From assembly GCF_001458695.1 (NCBI RefSeq), contig NZ_LN885086.1, forward strand, positions 2,550,001-2,582,000: 32,000 nt of DNA. The letters are read 5' to 3'. The notes below the pieces were generated by a model that ran no database searches, was not told where the DNA came from, and saw only the letters and a list, made by a program, of their open reading frames with translations. Every line of letters starts with the position of its first letter. Positions within the stretch are counted from its first letter, which is position 1. The position numbers and the translations under genes were made by a program. The DNA comes from Candidatus Nitrospira inopinata. GTDB lineage: Bacteria > Nitrospirota > Nitrospiria > Nitrospirales > Nitrospiraceae. Shown here piece by piece: positions 1 to 7,618 of this stretch.

Positions 1-453
1 GTCCGATGGAGTTGGAAGGTCGAAAACCTGATCCAAAAGAGCGACGTCACGAGAAAAGAAGGAGACGATTATCCGGCAAGGCTTTACATCACGTTCGAGT
101 ACGATCCAGGCAAGGTGAGCGTCGTAAAGAAGCTCAAATTCATGGCGGGCCGGGCGCTGTTCGGCGACATTCCGATCGCGGCGATCAATTACATCTGGGA
201 GACAAAAACCCAGGTCGGCACAGTCCTCGCCAATGCCTATACGGATTTCGTGAAGATGATCGTCGTGCAAAGCGGTCCCCAGAACGTCGGGCAATGGATC
301 GAAGAGTCGCGCAATCTCTACGAAGACTATAAAAACGCCTTCGGGGAAGAGCCGCCGATGATCAACGGGGTGGCCATCATGTCGGACACGGACAATACCG
401 GAGAACGGGCAACGGCCTATTATGGAGACATCACGTTCGCCAAGCAGCCGTAA
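1..453 (+). CDS. DUF3047 domain-containing protein (5'-truncated by window edge)
   Basis: Frame 1 is open from base 1 (VRWSWKVENLIQKSDVTRKEGDDYPARLYITFEYDPGK...) and runs into the 115..453 track ORF. The RWSWKV and DDYPARLYITF motifs match what I recall for DUF3047. Stop TAA at 451-453. Confidence 0.6.
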   Translation, partial: VRWSWKVENLIQKSDVTRKEGDDYPARLYITFEYDPGKVSVVKKLKFMAGRALFGDIPIAAINYIWETKTQVGTVLANAYTDFVKMIVVQSGPQNVGQWIEESRNLYEDYKNAFGEEPPMINGVAIMSDTDNTGERATAYYGDITFAKQP

Positions 454-772
454 CGAGAAGGGCGAAACGGCGTGCCGGTCAACAACAGATCGTCCAAATT
501 CCCTTCGTGAGAAAATAGAACGTACAACATGGTCCCATACAGCCGACCGGTTGATTTTCAAGGGCATCGGCTTGGCTTTCGGCATAGTTTCTTGAGTGAC
601 CGTGACACAGTTCAATCTGTTGGTCCTCCGTCCAGTGCTTCATAGCAACGAGAAAAAGCGGTAACTCGTTTACCTCCGGTCGATTCCTTCGTCAAAGGAC
701 CAGCGGCAGGGGTATGTCCAGAGGAGGATGGACTCGATACACACATCGTGCCTTGCCGCGAAATCCAACCGA

Positions 773-796
773 CGAGATCCCATCGTCGGGATCTCG
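773..796. promoter_or_regulatory. Perfect 9-bp inverted repeat CGAGATCCC-atcgtc-GGGATCTCG (operator or 5'-UTR hairpin) 8 nt upstream of the SD of the cupredoxin gene
   Basis: Read directly: arms at 773-781 and 788-796 with a 6-nt loop. SD AAGGAGG at 804-810, ATG at 816. Confidence 0.35.
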
Positions 797-815
797 CTAT
801 CACAAGGAGGGATGC

Positions 816-2648
816 ATGATCAGAGGGAGTCGAAGAATTCGATTGGTCGGGCGTGTATGGCTGGCTGGATTTCTAGTAAGTTTCGCGGGCTCGTCTTTCA
901 TCGGCGGGAGCGCATTGGCTGCCGACCCGCGGGTGGTGTTCGAATTGACGGATGAGCCGGGCGCATGGTTCAGAAACGCGGCGGGACCGGTCGCGGGATT
1001 TCAGGCCTTGGCGGTGGTGACGCCGGGAACCGAAGTGCGGTTTACGGGCAAGTCCAATACCGTTCATACTCGAACCAGCCTTCTTTTTCCGACCAGGGCC
1101 GTCAACATGCCCTTTGATACGCCGCACCGCAAAGGCTCCGATGACGTGATGCTCCATACTCCCGGCCTTTACGTCTTCACGTGCAAAATTCACCCCTACA
1201 TGTTCGGAGCGGTGATTGTAGATGATCCCGCGACGCCAGGGCTTGACCTCGGCGAATCCATCACCTTGCTGAACGGTGTCACCGTTCCAACCGGCAGCGA
1301 CCTTGCCACCCGTCTGCTGCGCACCTTTTTCATTGCAACCCATCCGTCGAACTGGTTGGATCACACCTCGCCGGCGCCCTGGCACATCACCTATCCCAAT
1401 GTGGATGTTCGTCTCACAGGAGGCGTCGTCGTGAATCTGGACAGAGTTCTGAGCGCCCGTTACGGCAACGATCTCCCCAAAGCTCCGCTCATGAATCCGG
1501 CCACCCCGGCTGTGGGAGAAATCTGGGTTGACACACAGTTTGAAAAAACCAGAGGCAAGACCAAGCCGGGAACGGCAACCGCCGTCAGCGGCCAAACCTG
1601 GAAACCGACCCGAAAGGTCGCCCTTCCCAGCATCAACATGAACAATCCGCACAATCTCTGGACGGATAAAAATCAAACCGTGATTTATCAAACGCAGTGG
1701 TTCGACAGTAAGCTTACGGTGTTCAACCGAACGACCGGCCAGTTTTTGAACAATATCTCCGTCGGCGAGTCGCCGGCCCACGTGATGACCAGAGTCGATA
1801 CGGATCAGGTCCACGTCACGGTGAACGGGGCACCGAATCACGACTCGGTCGTGGAACTCGCTCCCATGGCCATAGGCATTCAGCGACGAATCAACGTCGG
1901 TCGCGGTTACCCACACGCCCATTGGATGAGCCACGACGGCAAGAAAATGGTGACGCCGAACGTCTTTTCGTCCGACGCCACCCAGTACAATTTCTCGAAC
2001 AATTCCATCGATGCGATCTTCCCGGCCGGCATGATCCCTATTGCCACCGCCATGACGCCTGATTCGAAGAAGTCCTACGTGGCCAATCTGCTGGACAGCA
2101 CCATCACGGTCGTCGATACCCAAACCAAGAGGGTCGTCAAAACGATCAATCTGCTGGCCCACTATGATCCGATCAGTGGTGAGATCAGGGGGCCGGTCGG
2201 GGCATTGCCGATTCAAACGCCCGTCAGCCCTGATGGAAAGAGCATGATCACCGCCAATACCTTGAGCGCCACCATCACGGTCGTGGATCCAACCACGGAT
2301 TCGGTTGTGGCGATGTTGCCCTGCGATCCCGGTTGTCACGGTGTTCAGTATGGGGCCAAGCGGGGAGGAGGATACTACGCCTATGTGTCCAGTAAGTTTT
2401 CCAACGGCTTGATCATTGTCGATCCGGACCCCAACGGCGACGGCAATCCTGCCGACGCCGCCATCGTGGGGCGGATTGCCCTCACCGCGATTGCGACAAC
2501 GGCGACCGATGATGCCATCATCGGCAACCGTGGAATGGGAGGCCAGGGGGTGTTGGCGGTTCCGGTCGTCTATAACGGCTGGGTGCAAAATCTCCCGCAG
2601 AGCTGGAGGAATCAGTTGACGCCGGCGCAGCGGGATCCCCTCCGCTAA
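816..2648 (+). CDS. Exported cupredoxin (type-1 Cu, amicyanin-like CxxHxxM) fused to a YVTN-type beta-propeller repeat domain
   Basis: The track ORF 714..2648 is trimmed to ATG 816 (AAGGAGG at 804-810, 5-nt spacer). Signal peptide: MIRGSRRIRLVGRVWLAGFLVSFAGSSFIGGSALA. Candidate Cu ligands are H in NTVHT (1065-1067) and C-K-I-H-P-Y-M (1182-1202). Repeated motifs such as SPDGK..ITANTLSATITVVD and ANLLDSTITVVDTQT are typical of YVTN beta-propeller blades. Confidence 0.8.
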   Translation: MIRGSRRIRLVGRVWLAGFLVSFAGSSFIGGSALAADPRVVFELTDEPGAWFRNAAGPVAGFQALAVVTPGTEVRFTGKSNTVHTRTSLLFPTRAVNMPFDTPHRKGSDDVMLHTPGLYVFTCKIHPYMFGAVIVDDPATPGLDLGESITLLNGVTVPTGSDLATRLLRTFFIATHPSNWLDHTSPAPWHITYPNVDVRLTGGVVVNLDRVLSARYGNDLPKAPLMNPATPAVGEIWVDTQFEKTRGKTKPGTATAVSGQTWKPTRKVALPSINMNNPHNLWTDKNQTVIYQTQWFDSKLTVFNRTTGQFLNNISVGESPAHVMTRVDTDQVHVTVNGAPNHDSVVELAPMAIGIQRRINVGRGYPHAHWMSHDGKKMVTPNVFSSDATQYNFSNNSIDAIFPAGMIPIATAMTPDSKKSYVANLLDSTITVVDTQTKRVVKTINLLAHYDPISGEIRGPVGALPIQTPVSPDGKSMITANTLSATITVVDPTTDSVVAMLPCDPGCHGVQYGAKRGGGYYAYVSSKFSNGLIIVDPDPNGDGNPADAAIVGRIALTAIATTATDDAIIGNRGMGGQGVLAVPVVYNGWVQNLPQSWRNQLTPAQRDPLR

Positions 2649-2688
2649 TTTCCACCCCATCATCTCGTTCTCCGTGTATTGTCCAGGG

Positions 2689-2716
2689 CCGGCCTGCGGC
2701 GCCAGCCGCAGGCCGG
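2689..2716 (+). terminator. GC-rich hairpin (12-bp perfect stem, 4-nt loop) 41 nt after the stop of the cupredoxin gene
   Basis: CCGGCCTGCGGC-gcca-GCCGCAGGCCGG read directly. The following tract TTGCCTATCT is only weakly T-rich, so intrinsic-terminator status is uncertain. Confidence 0.4.
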
Positions 2717-2883
2717 TTGCCTATCTGCCGATTGAGCCTCCTTCGTTCTGAACATGGCCGTTTACCTCCGACGTCCCTGTTCGTCTAAGCCAACAGACCG
2801 GACAGAGAACATGATAGGGGTCTTTCACAATTGAACCGAACGCGATCAACTTTTTCTATGAGGTCAGCAAACGGGAGGAGACC

Positions 2884-4365
2884 ATGCGACAGGGAGGAGA
2901 GCTTTGCACAGTGTTGAGCATCGTCATCCTGGTCGGTTTTCTCGGCGGCTGCGGCAGCGGCGATTCGGTCTCGGCATCGGCAAGCGGTTCAGGCAGTGGT
3001 TCCGCCTCGGCGTCCGGGACGGTCACGGGGTTTGGGAGCCTGTTCGTCAACGGCAAACGATTTGAAACGGAGGGGGCGTCGGTGATGGTCGATGGACAGG
3101 CGGTGCCATCGTGCACGGTGAGCCGATCGAACACCTGCGGTCTGCAAGTGGGAATGACGGTCAAGGTGGCCGGTTCATTCGATGGCCCGTCATACCGAGC
3201 CACGGCGATCGTGCAGGAAGATATGCTTGAGGGACCGATCACAAGCAAGAGTCAGGAGACTTCTACCAGCGGGACTCTGACCGTTTTGGGGCAGACGGTC
3301 ATCGTTGATGAGACGACGCGGTTCGATTCGGGGATCAACCTTGACGCTCTGAATGTCGGTGACCTCATTGAGGTCAACGGCTTTGTCAAAGCGGATGGTG
3401 AGATCGTCGCCACCTTCATCGAGCGAAAGTCGGGAACCGGCTGTGGGCGCGATGGCTGCGAACTTAAGGGTTTTGTCACGAATCACGATCATGCCACGAT
3501 GAGATTCCAGATCGGTGGCTTGACCATCGTGTATGACCGCGATGGCATCCCGCCCGATACGGTGATTCAAGACTTGCCCTCTCCATCGGGCAATAATTGG
3601 AACGGCCTGTTCGTGGAGGTGAAGGGAACTAGGATTGAGGGGACGACACTCCACGCGATGAAGGTGGAACGAGAGCGAGAGAGGATTGGAAGTGCCGATG
3701 ACGTGGATTCCTTCGAGATCGAAGGACTTGTGACTCAGGCCGGCACTGCCAGCGGCCAGACGATCGAATTTATGATCGGAACGACGACGGTCAGGACGAC
3801 GGCCAATACTGAATTCCGAGGTGGAACAATCGACGAGATCGTGGTGGGGGCCAAACTCTCGGCCGAAGGCCGAGTCGTCAATGGGGTGCTCATCGCCAAG
3901 CAAGTGAAGTTCCACGAAAGTGTGCGGTTGGAAGGAGATGCGTCGGTCAGTGGCAATACCCTGACTTTGGCGGGATTGCCTGGCGTGACCGTCATCGTCA
4001 ACAGCCGGACGGAACTGCGAGACGGCGGAGACCGACTCTCCATCCATGATATGGATGGTCGCCATGTCAGGATCAGGGGACGGGTCGCGGGCGGATCTTC
4101 TGTGATCGCCACCCGTATTCAGCGAAGGTCGCCTGATTCCGATATTGTCCTTCAGGGGCCGGTGCAGGCGATCAACGGTGATGACATCGTGATCCTAGGC
4201 GTAACGGTCGACACCGGTACCATCAATCGATTTGAGAGTGTGAGCGGTTCGTCCGTGAGCCGGTCCTCATTCTTGGCGGAGGTCAGCGTGAATTCGATTG
4301 TAAAGGTGAAGGGTGAACGGCGAGGAGCGATCGTCTTCTGGGACGAAGCGGAATTGGAGGATTAA
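2884..4365 (+). CDS. Lipoprotein with about six tandem DUF5666-like domains
   Basis: SD GGGAGGAG at 2873-2880. Lipobox LGGC followed by an SGS-rich linker (GSGDSVSASASGSGSGSASASG). Repeated module pattern: G.V..FGS..V.G..F.T.....V.G / G..V.V.G.....G...A..I. Confidence 0.8.
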   Translation: MRQGGELCTVLSIVILVGFLGGCGSGDSVSASASGSGSGSASASGTVTGFGSLFVNGKRFETEGASVMVDGQAVPSCTVSRSNTCGLQVGMTVKVAGSFDGPSYRATAIVQEDMLEGPITSKSQETSTSGTLTVLGQTVIVDETTRFDSGINLDALNVGDLIEVNGFVKADGEIVATFIERKSGTGCGRDGCELKGFVTNHDHATMRFQIGGLTIVYDRDGIPPDTVIQDLPSPSGNNWNGLFVEVKGTRIEGTTLHAMKVERERERIGSADDVDSFEIEGLVTQAGTASGQTIEFMIGTTTVRTTANTEFRGGTIDEIVVGAKLSAEGRVVNGVLIAKQVKFHESVRLEGDASVSGNTLTLAGLPGVTVIVNSRTELRDGGDRLSIHDMDGRHVRIRGRVAGGSSVIATRIQRRSPDSDIVLQGPVQAINGDDIVILGVTVDTGTINRFESVSGSSVSRSSFLAEVSVNSIVKVKGERRGAIVFWDEAELED

Positions 4366-4420
4366 GACTAAAGAAGAACAGAGACCACCGACAGTGTCTT
4401 TTCACAAAAGGAGATGAACG

Positions 4421-5050
4421 ATGCGAGATCGGAGTTGGAAAGAATTGATTCTAGGAACCGTCACCGGCTTTGCTTTCCTGGTTTCGCCGGCAACCGGCGA
4501 AATGAATAATAGTGGAGATCAATCGGCTGTTCGTCTGGACAATCGTGGGCCCGGTTCGCTGAATAGCGGTCCTGGCTCGATCGACAGTGGACGTCACGAC
4601 GGCCGGTCCGGGCATCAGGAACGATATGGTCACAATCGTCTCATGCTGGCGCAGCGTGGCGATGACATTCGCCAAGAAGATCGACAGAAAGATCGGCGAG
4701 AAGAACGTCGAGAAGATCGCATGGACGATCGGAGGATCGAGCGCCGCGAGGATCGGCAAATCGATCGACGCGAAGATCGCCGAGATACGACACGATCAAA
4801 TGCGGGCGGCGAGCTGCGGGGGCTTGATCGGGCCGATCATGTCGCCGGTGATCATGGACGGGAGGGGCGGGATACCGCCCGTGCCGCCCAGATGGATCGG
4901 CTGAACAGACCGGAGCGAATCGAACGAGTGGAGAAAATTGAAAGGCCGGAACGACCGGACCGTCCGGAGAGGCCGGAAAAGGTTGAGCGGCCAGAACGGC
5001 CGGAGCGCCCAGAGCGACCGGAAAAGCCGGAGCGAGCGGGGCGAAACTGA
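4421..5050 (+). CDS. Secreted low-complexity protein with RED/R-rich block and C-terminal (P-E-R)n repeat tail
   Basis: SD AAAGGAG at 4407-4413 with a 7-nt spacer. N-terminal hydrophobic signal-like segment: LILGTVTGFAFLVSPATG. It sits co-directionally in a tight gene run. The competing antisense and other-frame ORFs are artefacts of the repeat. Confidence 0.6.
   Translation: MRDRSWKELILGTVTGFAFLVSPATGEMNNSGDQSAVRLDNRGPGSLNSGPGSIDSGRHDGRSGHQERYGHNRLMLAQRGDDIRQEDRQKDRREERREDRMDDRRIERREDRQIDRREDRRDTTRSNAGGELRGLDRADHVAGDHGREGRDTARAAQMDRLNRPERIERVEKIERPERPDRPERPEKVERPERPERPERPEKPERAGRN
4910..5035 (+). repeat. 14 tandem copies of a degenerate 9-bp unit (CCGGARCGN) encoding (P/I/V)-E-R triplets
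   Basis: Units read consecutively: ccggagcga atcgaacga gtggagaaa attgaaagg ccggaacga ccggaccgt ccggagagg ccggaaaag gttgagcgg ccagaacgg ccggagcgc ccagagcga ccggaaaag ccggagcga. Confidence 0.85.
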
Positions 5051-5238
5051 CGAACACCGTGTCTGGAAATTGTATGCTGATTGTCTGCTGAAGGGCGGGG
5101 TGCTGTAGTTTGGCATCCTGCCGATCCGTTATCAGGCGTGGTTTTCGTTGAAGCAGAACCACCTCTCGGTTATGGTACGTCTGCGTCATCCCCACAAGAA
5201 ACGCACAAACCATCAGTGATGAAAGGAGCAAGACATTC

Positions 5239-6162
5239 ATGGACAGGGTTCTGCATCGTCTCGGCATCGTGGTTGCCGTCATGATGATGAGCATGATCGG
5301 CTCTCAATCGAAGGCCGTGGCAGCCGGCGAGAAAGAAAAAATGGGGCCGGAGCAGCGACCCTCGGCCGAGCGCAACTGGCAAATTGGGGTCACCCCAAGC
5401 TATAGCAGTGGAAATTTCGGAACCGATGTCAGAAGCGACTTCGTTTATGTCCCCTTCTCGATCCGGCGCCTGTTCCGCGATGGAGACGTGACGGTCGTTG
5501 TGCCGTTTGTCTCGGTCACCAGTAACGGGACAGCCACCTTGGTCGGCGGCCAACCGACCCCCACGTTGCCGGGACGGTGTCTCAGGAGAAGCGGTACGGA
5601 GATCGATACCAGCAAGCCGGAATGTTTGGCTCTGCTGAATGCCGGTCAGGGAGTGACGGCGGGGGAGAAGGTGACCCATTCGGGGCTCGGTGACATCATT
5701 GTGAGGGGACGGTACTATGCCATCGAGGAAAAGGAGTGGTTCCCGCTCGTCGCACTCACGGCCCGGGTCAAAATTCCGACAGCCAGCGAAAGTAAAGGGC
5801 TTGGCACCGGCGCCCTTGACCATGGGTACGGCGTGGAACTGTCCAAAATGCTGGGCGATCGATGGATTGCGTTTCTCGACGGAGGCTACAACTTTATCGG
5901 CGACCCTGAGGGGAGAGAACTTCAAAACCAGTACTGGTTTGACGCCGGGGGCGGGCATTATCTCACCACACACCTCTTGTTCAGCGTGTATTATGAGGAG
6001 TACCGGTCGCTGGTGGCCGACCGGGTCAACATTCGCGACGTGTTCGTGGCGTTCAACTATAAATTCTCCGATGCCTGGCGATTCAACGGCGGCGTGACCG
6101 TCGGTCTGTCGAACAGTGCGCCGGATTACGGGGTATCGCTCGGCACCAACTATCGGTTTTAG
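5239..6162 (+). CDS. Outer-membrane beta-barrel protein (MetA-pathway/phenol-degradation-like transporter family)
   Basis: Signal peptide ending AVAA. Alternating beta-strand pattern, a GLGD motif (HSGLGDIIVRGRYY) and a C-terminal ...GTNYRF ending in Phe, as is typical for OMPs. The antisense ORF 5170..6183 has no such features. Confidence 0.7.
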   Translation: MDRVLHRLGIVVAVMMMSMIGSQSKAVAAGEKEKMGPEQRPSAERNWQIGVTPSYSSGNFGTDVRSDFVYVPFSIRRLFRDGDVTVVVPFVSVTSNGTATLVGGQPTPTLPGRCLRRSGTEIDTSKPECLALLNAGQGVTAGEKVTHSGLGDIIVRGRYYAIEEKEWFPLVALTARVKIPTASESKGLGTGALDHGYGVELSKMLGDRWIAFLDGGYNFIGDPEGRELQNQYWFDAGGGHYLTTHLLFSVYYEEYRSLVADRVNIRDVFVAFNYKFSDAWRFNGGVTVGLSNSAPDYGVSLGTNYRF

Positions 6163-6163
6163 C

Positions 6164-6189
6164 GGAACATCAATCCATTCCATGCCGTT
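6164..6189 (+). promoter_or_regulatory. Candidate ECF-type promoter (GGAAC-N17-CGTT) upstream of the ECF sigma gene
   Basis: GGAAC at 6164-6168 and CGTT at 6186-6189, with a 17-nt spacer between AAC and CGT. It lies 77 nt upstream of the sigma ORF. ECF sigma genes are commonly autoregulated from AAC/CGT-type promoters. Confidence 0.3.
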
Positions 6190-6277
6190 GACCTCTCATC
6201 TCTCCCTTCGTCTAATACATCAGATGAATCAGAGAGGACCGGCGGGCCGGCGATAGCGAGCAAAGGTGATGCCGCCA

Positions 6278-6859
6278 ATGCCGACCGATCGACGTGACGA
6301 CCCCACCGATGCCGAGTTGGTGGCGCGTAGTCTTGCTCGGGATCACGAGGCATTCGGACAGTTGATTGATCGGCACGCGGCCACGATCGTGAACCTGGCC
6401 TATCGGATGGTGGGGAACCAGGCCGAGGCCGAGGACTTGGCGCAGGAATCGTTCATCGCGGCGTTCCAAGCGCTCTCGACCTTTCGATCCGATTCCAAGT
6501 TTTCCACCTGGCTCTATCGGATCGCCTCAAACAAGTGTAAGGATTGGCTGCGAAGCAAAAAGCCCGGGCAGGGCCGGAACGATGTGAACGTAGACGAGGA
6601 ACTTGACCTCCACGTCATGGAGGAACAAACGCCGGAAACCTTGTTGTCTCAGCAACAAGTTGCCGGAGAATTGGAGCGGGCCATTCAACGGCTGCCGCTT
6701 CTCTATCGTGAGGCCTTCATCCTGAAACACATCGAAGGACTGAGCTATGAAGAAATGGAACAGGTCCTGGGTGTCAACAAAGACACACTGAAAATGCGGG
6801 TGTACAAGGGCAGGGTTCAACTGTGTCGAGAGCTTGCGGTTTTCAATCCCATGTCCTAG
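6278..6859 (+). CDS. RNA polymerase ECF-type sigma-70 family factor
   Basis: Region 2 motifs (AEDLAQESFIAAFQAL, FSTWLYRIASNKCKDWLR) and region 4 (LPLLYREAFILKHIEGLSYEEMEQVLGV..DTLKMRVYKGR). I prefer start ATG 6278 (AAGGTG at 6263-6268, 9-nt spacer). Alternatives are GTG 6266 and ATG 6269. Confidence 0.9.
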   Translation: MPTDRRDDPTDAELVARSLARDHEAFGQLIDRHAATIVNLAYRMVGNQAEAEDLAQESFIAAFQALSTFRSDSKFSTWLYRIASNKCKDWLRSKKPGQGRNDVNVDEELDLHVMEEQTPETLLSQQQVAGELERAIQRLPLLYREAFILKHIEGLSYEEMEQVLGVNKDTLKMRVYKGRVQLCRELAVFNPMS

Positions 6860-6880
6860 GTGGTCGGAGAAGGTAAGGCC

Positions 6881-7552
6881 ATGAGAGAAGACGATCTTAT
6901 TCAACGATTCTTGGACCATGAATTGACGCCGGACGAGCGGGTCGCGTTCCTCCGCGCGGTGGATGCCGATCCTTCCCTTCGTCGGCAGTGGCTCAATCTT
7001 GAGATGGTGGTGGCGGAGGCTGCTCGGCTGCCGAGGATTGCCCCCTCGGCCCGATTCATCAGCCAATTGAAAGAACGAACAAGGCCCAAGCCAAGCTTGT
7101 GGGCCGTACTCTGGGCCTCTGCCACCAGGCCGCGGATGCTTAACTGGAACCTGGCCCAGGCCATCGCGGCGGCCTGTGTGGTTCTGGTGGCGGTGGGAGC
7201 GCTCATCCGATTGGTTCCAGAACGGATTGTTGATACGCCGGTGCCGGCAGGGTCAATACAAACCATTTCATCCGAGGCGGCGGAGCCGAAGGTGCTGGTG
7301 CGGCTCGTGTTCGTGCAGCCTGATGCCCGATCGGTCTCGGTGGCGGGAGATTTCAACGGGTGGAATCCGGCGCGGACGACGCTCAAGCGAGCCGATGGCG
7401 GAATCTGGACCGTCACTCTGCTGCTCAAGCCCGGTCGTTATGAATACATGTTCGTGGTTGATGGGACACACTGGATCGCCGATCCGCTGGCGACGGAAGA
7501 GATCGGAGATGGATTCGGTTCACGCAACGCGGTGCTGGACGTGGAGATTTGA
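6881..7552 (+). CDS. Anti-sigma factor, single-pass membrane protein with C-terminal periplasmic CBM48/AMPK-beta-type glycogen-binding domain
   Basis: Lies immediately downstream of the ECF sigma gene. SD GGAGAAGG at 6866-6873, ATG at 6881. The N-terminal helix LIQRFLDHELTPDERVAFLRAV is typical of anti-sigma factors. TM segment: LAQAIAAACVVLVAVGALIRLV. C-terminal domain: VSVAGDFNGWNP...GIWTVTLLLKPGRYEYMFVVDGTHWIADP...GSRNAVLDV. Confidence 0.8.
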   Translation: MREDDLIQRFLDHELTPDERVAFLRAVDADPSLRRQWLNLEMVVAEAARLPRIAPSARFISQLKERTRPKPSLWAVLWASATRPRMLNWNLAQAIAAACVVLVAVGALIRLVPERIVDTPVPAGSIQTISSEAAEPKVLVRLVFVQPDARSVSVAGDFNGWNPARTTLKRADGGIWTVTLLLKPGRYEYMFVVDGTHWIADPLATEEIGDGFGSRNAVLDVEI

Positions 7553-7618
7553 TCATGAGCGGCCTTCTTGCAACCGATCCACGTCTCGATTACGCTCTTT
7601 CGCTCGAAGGAGCGGATT

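Noticed and set aside
479-643. Unlisted 54-codon minus-strand ORF in the 454-815 gap encoding a Cys-rich peptide (MKHWTEDQQIELCHGHSRNYAESQADALENQPVGCMGPCCTFYFLTKGIWTICC).
   Set aside because: It is tempting as a small Cys-rich or RiPP-like peptide. However, the only SD-like GGAGGT is 28 nt upstream, no -10 box precedes the ATG, and there is no nearby maturase. It cannot be supported without conservation or expression data. It deserves a tblastn check only.
714-815. 5' extensions of track ORFs: 714 for the cupredoxin, 13740 for the J-protein, 18584 for the SDR, 24636 for the adhesin-E-like gene, 27828 for pyk, 7938 for the helical-repeat protein, and 9072 for the CCA fusion.
   Set aside because: The extensions are Arg-rich, overlap neighbouring genes or promoters, and precede the point where the conserved domain or signal peptide begins. 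Internal starts have an SD or a -10 box at the correct distance.
728-955. 75-aa plus-strand ORF starting right after GAGGAGG at 720-726.
   Set aside because: The SD-to-ATG spacing is only about 1 nt, it overlaps the start of the cupredoxin gene in another frame, and the translation has no features.
873-2663. 596-aa minus-strand ORF covering the cupredoxin/propeller gene. The same applies to the long shadow ORFs 3190..4065(-), 5170..6183(-), 9081..11192(-), 13752..14609(-), 14545..15420(+) and 24558..25889(+).
   Set aside because: In each case the opposite-strand ORF carries unmistakable family motifs: Cu site, DUF5666 repeats, OMP terminus, DHH/CCA motifs, HPD, HxH or CxxxCxxC. The shadow translations are Arg/Gly/Pro-rich with no motifs, as expected for antisense frames in GC-rich DNA.
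4910-5035. Regular short repeats that might suggest a CRISPR-like or satellite array.
   Set aside because: The period is 9 bp with no spacers, it is in frame, and it lies inside an ORF. This is a coding tri-peptide repeat, not a CRISPR array.
5111-5127. TGGCAT...CGAT resembling a sigma-54 -24/-12 element upstream of the OMP gene.
   Set aside because: The -12 part is CGAT rather than TTGC at the required 5-nt spacing from TGGCA(C), so it is not a convincing match.
4451-5294. Multiple overlapping ORFs in other frames or strands across the 4421-5050 repeat gene (4451..4759-, 4587..4904+, 4641..5294-, 4796..5116-), and similarly 8115..9032-, 8512..9081-, 8659..8904+ and 8816..9007- across the second repeat tail.
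   Set aside because: Tandem GAxCGx and CCGGARCGN repeats stay open in several frames. Only the chosen frames have an SD or coupled start, a signal peptide, and continuity with non-repetitive domains.
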